Below are positions 1 through 8,401 of a stretch of DNA of 64,000 nucleotides, piece by piece (within the stretch, counting starts at the first letter, position 1; the number at the start of each line of letters is the position of its first letter). Location of the stretch: assembly GCA_963668645.2 (NCBI GenBank), contig CAXXWC010000003.1:128001-192000 (forward strand). Reading direction: 5' to 3'. This DNA comes from Desulfobacterales bacterium (GTDB lineage: Bacteria > Desulfobacterota > Desulfobacteria > Desulfobacterales > UBA2174). The position numbers and the translations under genes are program-made. The notes beneath the pieces are model-generated. The model was not told where the DNA came from and ran no database searches. It saw only the letters and a program-made list of their open reading frames with translations.

Positions 1-101
1 CGGTGGAATCGGCCCTTGCCGCCGGGATCTTTCACCGCAGTGAAGTGCCCATCGGGGCGGTCAAGGCCGGCCTGCAAGGCAAGGTAGAAATCCGCCTCTG
101 A
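1..101 (+). CDS. hisF: 3' end of imidazole glycerol phosphate synthase cyclase (HisF, possibly fused HisH/F); partial
   Basis: Frame from nt 3 reads VESALAAGIFHRSEVPIGAVKAGLQGKVEIRL*, matching the HisF C-terminal ALAAxIFH motif; TGA at 99-101. Confidence 0.75.
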   Translation, partial: VESALAAGIFHRSEVPIGAVKAGLQGKVEIRL

Positions 102-187
102 GTTGACACAGGAAGGCTTGAAGCCTTAAAACAGGGCGGCAGGCAAGCGATACGTCCACACCCGGCGCATCCGGACAGGAGTGCGGC

Positions 188-883
188 ATGGACGACAAAG
201 CCCGGCTTTTTCTGACCCCTTCCCAGGCCTTGAGAGCGATCCGCCTCGACTTTGATCAGTACGCTCCCCAGACAAGTCTTTTTTGCAACCTCGTGCCCAG
301 CGTCTGGGGGGTGCAGGCCCTCATCGCCCCGGGAACGGGTGCAGGCGAATTCTGGTTGCGCACCACGCGATCGGGCCCTTTACGGCGGGTATCGGACCGG
401 ACGTTGCGAGACCTGATCCTGCTGCGTCTTGAAGCCGATCCCCCGCCGCCGGAGGGTCTGGCCGCCATCTGCCGCCAGGTTTTCCGGACCCGGGCCGTTA
501 TCGGGTCGCACGGGGGGCGGGCCGGACTATGGATTGAAACCGGCATGGAAGCATTTGCCTGCCGCCGCTGCGGCCACTGCTGTTGCACCCTTTTTTTCCG
601 CAATGCCGGAACGGCGCGCGACTACAGGCGCATTGAGCGGGCGGGCCGGCCGGATATCCTCGTACGTATGGCACCGGTGCGCCGCAGCGGCAGGATCGTA
701 TCCTGCCGCCTGTGGATCGAGCCGACTACGGGCGCTTTCAGTGAAATCTGCCCCTGGCTGATTGACGAGGCGGACGGAGGCCACTCCTGTGCGATTTACG
801 ATCTGCGGCCGCAGATCTGCCGCGAGTACCCCGGCAGCCGCAAGCACGCCGAAATGACGGGCTGCGCCGGATTCCGTTCTTAG
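188..883 (+). CDS. YkgJ/CxxCxxCC family cysteine-cluster (putative Fe-S/Zn) protein with N-terminal extension
   Basis: CRRCGHCC, CPWL, CAIYDLRPQICREYP motifs; AGGAG RBS upstream. Confidence 0.8.
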   Translation: MDDKARLFLTPSQALRAIRLDFDQYAPQTSLFCNLVPSVWGVQALIAPGTGAGEFWLRTTRSGPLRRVSDRTLRDLILLRLEADPPPPEGLAAICRQVFRTRAVIGSHGGRAGLWIETGMEAFACRRCGHCCCTLFFRNAGTARDYRRIERAGRPDILVRMAPVRRSGRIVSCRLWIEPTTGAFSEICPWLIDEADGGHSCAIYDLRPQICREYPGSRKHAEMTGCAGFRS

Positions 884-943
884 CCGGCAGGGCAAAGACG
901 CGCGGGGCCGCAAGCAAGAGGTACAAGCAAGGTGGAGGAAAAG

Positions 944-1369
944 ATGCCCGATGCCCGATTCGAGAAGGTCCAGCGTTCAGACACCCCCCTTTACGGGCCG
1001 CGCAAGATGGTGCTGTGCGGATTCGGCCGCGAGACCCAGCCCAAGTTCAAAACGGTGATCGAAATGGCCGGTCTGGCCGGCGTCCCGCTGGTCTGGGCTT
1101 CGGCTGCAGACGGTCCGGCACTGCTCGCCGAGCTCTTCGACCGGCCGGCAGGCAGCGGCGAGGGGATCGGATCGGCACTGCCGCGGGCCATCATCATGGC
1201 CGGAATTACGGAAAACGAACTGCACCGGTTAATGAATGTCTGCAAGCGCACCGGAATGCGCAATGCCCTTTGGGCGGCCCTGACCCCGACATCTGAAACG
1301 TGGCCTCTCGAAGCGCTGTTGGCCGAACTTTCCGCCGAAAGACGCCAGCTCGACCAGCGTGCAAAATAG
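944..1369 (+). CDS. DUF3783-like protein
   Basis: C-terminal LWAALTPTSETWPLEALLAELSAER resembles DUF3783; GGAGG RBS before ATG 944 (ORF track starts at GTG 932). Confidence 0.65.
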   Translation: MPDARFEKVQRSDTPLYGPRKMVLCGFGRETQPKFKTVIEMAGLAGVPLVWASAADGPALLAELFDRPAGSGEGIGSALPRAIIMAGITENELHRLMNVCKRTGMRNALWAALTPTSETWPLEALLAELSAERRQLDQRAK

Positions 1370-1441
1370 GAACGGCCGGCTGGTCGAATCTGTTTTCCGA
1401 TCCCATCGGAATTACATCTCTCACGGTCAAGGGGCCACCTG

Positions 1442-1744
1442 TCATGGCCTGCCGAAAATCAAAAAGTAAAAGGTAAAAGCCCCGCCGTTGACGCGCACCG
1501 TCAGGTCGGCGCCGCGACTGGCGGCCCAGACCACCCACGGCGGCCGTGGATCAGCCCCGCAGCGCACCGGAGGGCCGAACGCATCGGTGCCCCGGTCGTG
1601 CCATGAGAGCAGCACGGCGTTGCGGTCGATTTGCCGCGCGCGATCTTTGGCCTCATTCTTGACCGTCTCGAAATCGAGCCGATCCTCGTCAATCAAAATC
1701 TCAAGCAAATCGCCAAGAATCGGGTCCTGCACATCTTGGGTCAT
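1442..1744 (-). CDS. AF1514/DUF5619-like small protein (100 aa)
   Basis: LLSWHDR...P...C...PPWVVWAASRGADLTVRVNGGAFTFYF pattern; GGAGG RBS upstream of ATG at 1744. Confidence 0.6.
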   Translation of the reverse strand: MTQDVQDPILGDLLEILIDEDRLDFETVKNEAKDRARQIDRNAVLLSWHDRGTDAFGPPVRCGADPRPPWVVWAASRGADLTVRVNGGAFTFYFLIFGRP

Positions 1745-2111
1745 CTCGCCTCCATGTCTTGAAACTGTCCAAGGTCCAGCGGCGGCACCCCCGCCGAGGC
1801 GCCAATGCACCACCAGTGCAAGAATCCATCCGGCGATCAACAGGGTCAATCTTAACCCCTACGGCCAACGGCTCAGTTTTTGCTATACTTTGCTTGGGCG
1901 TTCAGGTATAGCGCCGGGCCGCTTAATTCGCAACGCCGGTGCCAGACAGGCTATTTCTCCTGAAAAGGATAGGTTTAAAGTACCAATTGACCGCGGCTGA
2001 AACTTCCGAATCGGAAGCCCGGCCGGCGGTATCGGAACCCGGATCTCTCACTGCGGCGTGCCGCCGGCCCTTTTAAATCCGGCCGATGGGGCGCCGGCCT
2101 TTTTGGAAATC

Positions 2112-4814
2112 ATGAAAAAGCATGCCACCATCTTCGCCGATCTACTCATTGCCATCGCCTTTGCGGTGGTGACGTTCAGTCTCTGGGCCGTTTTCAATCG
2201 TCCGGTGAGCGGACCGCCCTGGCCCCAGCGCATCCAGGGCTTTTCGTTTTCGCCGCTGCATGCCGAACACGACGGCATCGCCCGCATTTACCCCACCGAG
2301 GAACAAATGGACCGGGACCTGGCCCTGCTGGCGGGCAAGACCCACGCGGTGCGCACCTACACCGTAGACGGCAGCCTGCATCGGATCCCGGCCCTGGCCG
2401 CCCGTTACGACATCAATGTCGCCCTGGGCGTCTGGATCGGCGATACGCCAGAGCGGGATCGCGAAGAACTTAATCTGGCAAAAACCCTGGCGTACACCTA
2501 CCACAACGTGGTGCGGTTGATGGTGGGCAACGAGGTGGTCCTGCGAGGGGAATTTCCCCGTGAAAAACTCTACGCCTATCTCGATGAAATGCGCGCCGCG
2601 GTCTGGCAGCCGGTGAGTACCGCCGAGCCGTGGCACGTATGGCTCAAGCACCCGGAATTGGCGGCTCACGTGGACTACCTGGCCGTTCACCTGCTCCCCT
2701 ACTGGGAAGGCATCGATGTCGAGGAAGCCGTCTCCTACTGCCTGGACAAGGTGGATCTGCTGCACCGCACCTTTCCCAACAAACCGATCGTCATCGCCGA
2801 AGTCGGCTGGCCGAGCCACGGGCGGATCCGCAAGAGCGCCGATGCCTCGCCGGCCAACCAGGCGATTTTCTTGCGCCATTTTCTGCGCGAGGCCGAAAAG
2901 CGCCAATTTGTCTACTACGTCATGGAGGCCTTTGACCAGCCCTGGAAAGCCGCCAGTGAAGGCGCCGTAGGCGCCTACTGGGGTGTTTACGACGTATTCC
3001 GCCAGCCCAAATTTCCTTTCAGTGCCCCTTTGGTGCGCATCCCCCACTGGCAGGTGCTGGCCGGGCTCTCGGTTCTGGTTTCCCTCATCATCCTGACCCT
3101 GCTGCTTTTCGACAGCCGCGCCCTGCGCAAACGCGGCCGCAGCTTCCTGGCCATCAGCGCCTTTGCCGCCAGTACCGCCGCCGTATGGGTGGTGTACGAC
3201 TACAGCCGCCAATATCTGACCCCCTACCTGCTGGTCGTCGGACTGCTGCTCTTTACCGGACTGCTCGGGGTGATTCTGGTGATACTGGCCGAGGCCCATG
3301 AATGGGCCGAGGCCAACTGGGCACTTTACCGCCGCCGGCTTCCATCCATCCGCGCCGTCATCGGCCCCCTGCCCAGAGTATCGATCCATGTGCCGGCCTA
3401 CAACGAACCGCCGGAGATGCTCTGCGCCACCCTCGACGCCCTGGCGGCCCTGGACTATGCGGACTTCGAAGTCCTGGTGGTGGACAACAACACCCGCGAT
3501 CCGGCCGTCTGGCGGCCGGTGGAAGCGCACTGCCGCCGGCTGGGACCCCACTTTCGCTTTTTCCACGTCGATCCGCTGTCCGGCTTCAAGGCCGGAGCCT
3601 TGAACTTCGCCCTGCGCCACACCGCTGCCGAAGCCGCGGTGGTGGCGGTCATCGACAGCGACTACCAGGTCGATGCAAACTGGCTCAAGGACCTGGTCCC
3701 GCTTTTTGAATCACCGCAAACAGCCATCGTCCAGGCTCCCCAGGATTACCGGGATGCCGGCGGCAACGCCTTCAAGGCCATGATGCACGCCGAATACCGG
3801 GGTTTTTTCTACATCGGCATGATTACCCGCAACGAACGCAACGCCATCATCCAGCACGGCACCATGACCCTGGTCCGGCGCCGGGTCCTGGAGGAGGTCG
3901 GCGGATGGGCCGAGTGGTGCATCACCGAAGACGCCGAACTGGGGCTGCGCATTCTGGCCCGGGGCTATGACGCCTTCTACCTGCCGCACAGCTACGGGCG
4001 CGGCCTGATGCCCGACACCATCGGAGACTTCAAAAAACAGCGCTTCCGGTGGGCCTTTGGCGCCATGCAGATCCTGCGCCGCCACCGCGGCGAACTGCTC
4101 GGTCCGGGGCGGTTGCGCGCCGGCCAGCGCTATCATTTCATCGCCGGCTGGCTCCCGTGGATGGCCGACGGCTTCAATCTGGCCTTCAGCCTGGCGGCCC
4201 TGGGCTGGTCCACCGCCATGGTCGGGTGGCCGACCAGGGTGGATCCGCCCTCTATGACCTTTGCCGCCCTGCCCATGGCGCTGTTCGGATTCAAGGTCGT
4301 CAAGCTGGCGCATCTGTACCGGACCCGGGTGGGTGCCGGCCTGCGCCAGACCCTGGCCGCCGCCCTGGCTGGGCTGGCCCTGACCAACGTTATCGGCCAG
4401 GCGGTCCTGTGGGGTTTGGTAAAGCGCGAAAAAGCCTTTTTCCGCACCCCCAAGATGGCCGACGCCCAACCCATGGCGGGGGCACTGGCGGCCAGCCGCC
4501 AGGAGATCCTTTTTATGGTGTCGCTCTGGCTGGCGGCCTTTGCCGTCGCTGGATTCACTCCGATGAACGGCCCGGACGCATACCTGTGGGTCATCATGCT
4601 GCTGGTCCAATCCCTTCCCTACACGGCCGCCACCCTCGTCGCTATGGTCAGTGGGCTGCCCGGCATCCCAGCCGCCATTCTGGGCCGCAGCACGGACATG
4701 GAAAATGCCGTCAAGGGATTGCTGATCCCCGGTCCCGGGACGGCCGTCCGGCACCAGGGCAAGAAGATGCAAGGAAAGGGGTCCGATCCTCCCGGCCACG
4801 ATCTGGCGGCCTGA
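2112..4814 (+). CDS. ndvB: NdvB-like fused GH17 glucanosyltransferase / GT2 glycosyltransferase (putative cyclic beta-1,3-glucan synthase)
   Basis: N-terminal GH17 motifs (VGNE, IAEVGWPS, EAFDQPWK), TM helices, GT2 motifs DSD, TEDAELG and QRFRW, C-terminal TM region. Confidence 0.8.
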   Translation: MKKHATIFADLLIAIAFAVVTFSLWAVFNRPVSGPPWPQRIQGFSFSPLHAEHDGIARIYPTEEQMDRDLALLAGKTHAVRTYTVDGSLHRIPALAARYDINVALGVWIGDTPERDREELNLAKTLAYTYHNVVRLMVGNEVVLRGEFPREKLYAYLDEMRAAVWQPVSTAEPWHVWLKHPELAAHVDYLAVHLLPYWEGIDVEEAVSYCLDKVDLLHRTFPNKPIVIAEVGWPSHGRIRKSADASPANQAIFLRHFLREAEKRQFVYYVMEAFDQPWKAASEGAVGAYWGVYDVFRQPKFPFSAPLVRIPHWQVLAGLSVLVSLIILTLLLFDSRALRKRGRSFLAISAFAASTAAVWVVYDYSRQYLTPYLLVVGLLLFTGLLGVILVILAEAHEWAEANWALYRRRLPSIRAVIGPLPRVSIHVPAYNEPPEMLCATLDALAALDYADFEVLVVDNNTRDPAVWRPVEAHCRRLGPHFRFFHVDPLSGFKAGALNFALRHTAAEAAVVAVIDSDYQVDANWLKDLVPLFESPQTAIVQAPQDYRDAGGNAFKAMMHAEYRGFFYIGMITRNERNAIIQHGTMTLVRRRVLEEVGGWAEWCITEDAELGLRILARGYDAFYLPHSYGRGLMPDTIGDFKKQRFRWAFGAMQILRRHRGELLGPGRLRAGQRYHFIAGWLPWMADGFNLAFSLAALGWSTAMVGWPTRVDPPSMTFAALPMALFGFKVVKLAHLYRTRVGAGLRQTLAAALAGLALTNVIGQAVLWGLVKREKAFFRTPKMADAQPMAGALAASRQEILFMVSLWLAAFAVAGFTPMNGPDAYLWVIMLLVQSLPYTAATLVAMVSGLPGIPAAILGRSTDMENAVKGLLIPGPGTAVRHQGKKMQGKGSDPPGHDLAA

Positions 4815-4885
4815 ACCGTCCATCGTGCTTAGGGCCACAGACGGAGGCCCCATAGCACTTTCCATGCCATAATTTCGAATATCGA

Positions 4886-4916
4886 TTGACAATGGCCTAT
4901 GGGTACTGATAGTAAT
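4886..4916 (+). promoter_or_regulatory. Putative sigma-70 promoter for the DEAD-box helicase
   Basis: Perfect TTGACA at 4886-4891; -10 ambiguous within GATAGTAAT (4908-4916). Confidence 0.4.
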
Positions 4917-4961
4917 GCACCTGTAATAAGAAGTTTCCCGGTTAACCGAAGAAAATGTGTG

Positions 4962-4992
4962 AGCCCCGGAACTGCTTTCCGGGGCTTTTTTT
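4962..4992 (+). terminator. Intrinsic terminator in the leader of the helicase gene
   Basis: AGCCCCGGAA-ctgct-TTCCGGGGCT stem running into a T7 tract. Confidence 0.8.
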
Positions 4993-5018
4993 ATGATCGT
5001 TCAAGTAAAAAGGACTCT

Positions 5019-6323
5019 ATGGACTTCACCGATTTTTCGTTCCACCCGCAAATCGCAGCCGGTATCAGGGCTGCGGGTTATACTCAACCGACGCCCATCC
5101 AGACCCAAGCTATAGCTCCGGTCCTCGCAGGCCGCGATGTCATGGGACTCGCCCAGACTGGTACCGGCAAAACCGCCGCTTTCGTACTGCCCATTTTGCA
5201 GCGGATGATCGACCGGCCACGCAAAGGAACCCGTGCCCTGGTACTGGCCCCCACCCGTGAACTGGCCGAACAGACGCACCAGGCCATCGAGACCCTGGGC
5301 CGCAAGACCGGCCAGCGCAGCGTCACGGTCTACGGCGGGATCAATATCAACCGCCAGATCCAGGATCTCAAACGCAAAGCGGACATTGTGGTGGCGTGTC
5401 CCGGCCGTCTGCTGGATCATATCGGACGCGGCACTGTCGATCTTCGCAGCATCGAGGTACTGGTCATCGACGAGGCCGATCAGATGCTCGACATGGGCTT
5501 TCTACCCGACATCCGCCGCATCCTCGGCCGCCTGCCGCAGCGGCGCCAGAACCTGCTCTTTTCGGCCACCATGCCCAAAGAAATCGGCACCCTGGCAGCT
5601 GAAATACTCACCGACCCGGTGCGCGTCCAAGTCGGCACCGTGGCCCCGGCCCACACGGTGAGCCATGCCCTCTTTCCGGTGGCGGCCCATCTCAAGACCC
5701 CCCTGCTGCTCACCCTGCTCGACCGGACGGCCACCGGATCGGTCCTGGTCTTTACCCGCACCAAACACCGCGCCAAACGGTTGGGCGAACAGCTTGCCCG
5801 GGCCGGCTACAGTTCGGCCTCACTCCAGGGCAATCTTTCCCAGAACCGCCGCCAGGAGGCCCTGGATGGATTTCGCGACGGCACTTTCCAGGTCCTGGTG
5901 GCTACGGATATCGCTGCCCGCGGCATCGATGTGGCCAAAGTCTCCCATGTGATCAACTATGACGTGCCGACCACCACCGATGCCTATATCCACCGCATCG
6001 GCCGCACCGGCCGCGCGACCCGCAGCGGTGATGCCTATACCCTGGTCACCGCGGAAGACGAGGCCATGGTGCGGGCCATTGATCGGATCCTGGGCCACCG
6101 GATCGAGCGGCGGACCGTTGCCGATTTCGACTACCAAGTGCCCACGCCTCGACGGGAAACCGAATTCGCCCGCCAACCACAGCCCGGCAGGAATTCACAG
6201 GCTCGGCGCACCCAAGGCAGCCAAAAGACTCAGCCGAGTCGCAAGGCTCGCCCGGTCCAAAATGCCCGTGACAGCCGGCGTCCCTTTCAGGCCTCGCGCC
6301 GCAGCGCAGGAACCGCCGCCTGA
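5019..6323 (+). CDS. rhlE: DEAD-box RNA helicase, RhlE-like
   Basis: Q motif PTPIQ, AQTGTGKT, PTRELA, DEAD, SAT, HRIGRTGR, basic C-terminal tail; AAGGA RBS before ATG 5019. Confidence 0.85.
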   Translation: MDFTDFSFHPQIAAGIRAAGYTQPTPIQTQAIAPVLAGRDVMGLAQTGTGKTAAFVLPILQRMIDRPRKGTRALVLAPTRELAEQTHQAIETLGRKTGQRSVTVYGGININRQIQDLKRKADIVVACPGRLLDHIGRGTVDLRSIEVLVIDEADQMLDMGFLPDIRRILGRLPQRRQNLLFSATMPKEIGTLAAEILTDPVRVQVGTVAPAHTVSHALFPVAAHLKTPLLLTLLDRTATGSVLVFTRTKHRAKRLGEQLARAGYSSASLQGNLSQNRRQEALDGFRDGTFQVLVATDIAARGIDVAKVSHVINYDVPTTTDAYIHRIGRTGRATRSGDAYTLVTAEDEAMVRAIDRILGHRIERRTVADFDYQVPTPRRETEFARQPQPGRNSQARRTQGSQKTQPSRKARPVQNARDSRRPFQASRRSAGTAA

Positions 6324-6763
6324 AACCATTTAGCGACGGCACCTTCAAATGGGCCGTCGATCCCCGGGGAACGGCTGCAAACCGTTCCCCTCAGCGGCCC
6401 GATACCTTCCCTGGCTGCCTGCCCCTGCGATACCGGACTCTCCCATCTGGCCAGCTTATTCGCCTGTTTTCAAAAAGTTCCGTTTTGCACCGGGTTCTCC
6501 TATTCGGGGTCCCTATTTTGATCAAGCTGGCATTTGCCAAAATCTTTTGCTATGGAATCATCGTGGTACAAACTGAAGCGGCCCGTATGGAACGCTTGGC
6601 ATCGGCTGCGGGGACGCCCCAGTCGACACCATGATCGCCATTAATCCAAATCATCCGTCAAGAAAGGGGGGAGACCACCGGAACCGTAGCATGATGCCCG
6701 CGCGGCAAATCTTGTAACATGCCAACCTAACTGAAAGGTCTATACCAACGAGGAGGAGATCCC

Positions 6764-7786
6764 ATGATGACACGCAGGAAACTGGCGACTATCTTGACAC
6801 TGACCCTTGTCATCACCTTTATGCTCACCCCGGCCTGCTTCGCCGGCAAGACCTTTTTCGCCATCGCTACCGGCGGCACCGGCGGCACCTATTACCCGCT
6901 GGGTGGCGTTTTGGCCCAGGCCCTGACCACCAAGGTTCCCGACGTGATCGTCACCGCCCAGTCGGGCAACGCCTCGACGGCCAACCTCAACCTGATCCGC
7001 TCGGGCGACATCGAGTCGGCCTTCGTGCAGAACAACACCGCCTACCAGGCCTACAACGGCACCGACCAGTTCAAGGACAATCCGGTCAAGAACGTGCGCG
7101 GCATCGCGTCTCTCTATCCCGAAGTGATCCAGGTCGTCACCCGCCAGGCCGCAGGTATCAAGACCATCGCCGATCTCAAAGGCAAGAGCGTCATCCCCGG
7201 CGACCGCGGCAGCGGAACGGCGGTAGATGCTGAAAACATCCTCAAGGCTGCCGGCATGAGTTTCAATGATTTCGGTCAGCTCGACTGGCTCAGCTTCGCC
7301 GGCATTTCCCAGCGCATGCAGGACAACCAGGCCGACGCCGGGTTCATCACCGCCGGGATCCCCACCTCCTCGGTGATGGAGTTGACCTCCAGCACCCAGA
7401 TTAGCATCCTCAACCTCGACGACGCACTGATCAAGAAGGTAACCGACGCCTACCCGTTCTACGCCAAGGTCGTCATCCCGGCCGACACCTACTCCGGCCA
7501 GACTGAACCGGTGAGCACCGTGGCGGTCATGGCTCAGTGGGTTTGCTCGGCCCAAGTTGACGCGGAGCTGATCTACAAGCTGACCCAGGCTCTGTGGGAA
7601 CCGGGCTTTCACGTCCTGCGCAAAAAGGACGGCAAACCGGAGCCGGCTCCTTCCGGGGCCGCAATCATGGCCCAGGCCCACGCCAAGGGCAAGGACGTGA
7701 CCCTGGACACCGCCCTGGCCGGCATGGCGATTCCGCTGCATCCGGGCGCGGAGCGCTACTACAAGGAAAAAGGTCTCATCAAGTAG
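6764..7786 (+). CDS. TAXI-family TRAP transporter solute-binding protein
   Basis: Signal peptide, IATGGTGGTYYPLG, LYPE, C-terminal PLHPGAERYYKEKG; AGGAGG RBS. Confidence 0.92.
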   Translation: MMTRRKLATILTLTLVITFMLTPACFAGKTFFAIATGGTGGTYYPLGGVLAQALTTKVPDVIVTAQSGNASTANLNLIRSGDIESAFVQNNTAYQAYNGTDQFKDNPVKNVRGIASLYPEVIQVVTRQAAGIKTIADLKGKSVIPGDRGSGTAVDAENILKAAGMSFNDFGQLDWLSFAGISQRMQDNQADAGFITAGIPTSSVMELTSSTQISILNLDDALIKKVTDAYPFYAKVVIPADTYSGQTEPVSTVAVMAQWVCSAQVDAELIYKLTQALWEPGFHVLRKKDGKPEPAPSGAAIMAQAHAKGKDVTLDTALAGMAIPLHPGAERYYKEKGLIK

Positions 7787-7858
7787 CCTAAAATTGCAAC
7801 TTGTCCTGTTTCCACGGGCGCCGGATTGTGTCCCGGCGCCCGTTTGTCGCTTTTTCGG

Positions 7859-8401
7859 ATGAGCCATCGTATCTTTCGGCCCACGGCAACGGCCCTTTTG
7901 CTGGCCATCTTGGCGGGTGGAGCCGCCCTTTACCCGCTGCATGCCCTGGTGATCGACAACTATCGCGCCGGCAAGCCGGTGTTCGCCCGCCTGGTGTCGC
8001 CCGGTGAAACTTTTCTGCTGGGCTTCATGCACTCGGTGGAGCATTGCCCGGTCCATGACCGTCTGCAAATCGGCGCGGACTACGGCATGCTGGTGGTGGA
8101 AACCGAGTTTGCCACCAGCCGCACCGGACTGCCTTACGCCGCCTTTGGCGACGAGGTCTATCACCGGGAGGCGGACCGCTTCCGGATCACCAACATGAAC
8201 CGGCCCGTGGCAGAAATCTTTCAGTGGGTGAACCGCCATTATGACAACACGCTGCAATTCGGCGACGGAGCACCCATCCGCCTCGATTCGCTCGCCGGCG
8301 ACACCTTGCTACGACTGCGCATCCAGAAAATCTCAGCCCTGACATGGGGTTGGATGAAAGCCAGGACGTATTGGCACCACAGGAGCAATGAACATGGCTG
8401 A
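7859..8401 (+). CDS. DUF1850-like accessory protein of TAXI-TRAP systems
   Basis: FxLxFxHSVE and TGLP motifs; position between TAXI binding protein and fused permease; start uncertain. Confidence 0.75.
   Translation: MSHRIFRPTATALLLAILAGGAALYPLHALVIDNYRAGKPVFARLVSPGETFLLGFMHSVEHCPVHDRLQIGADYGMLVVETEFATSRTGLPYAAFGDEVYHREADRFRITNMNRPVAEIFQWVNRHYDNTLQFGDGAPIRLDSLAGDTLLRLRIQKISALTWGWMKARTYWHHRSNEHG

Noticed and set aside
6349..6576. 75-aa ORF downstream of the helicase
   Set aside because: No RBS or recognisable motif; overlaps a hairpin and the likely transporter promoter region.
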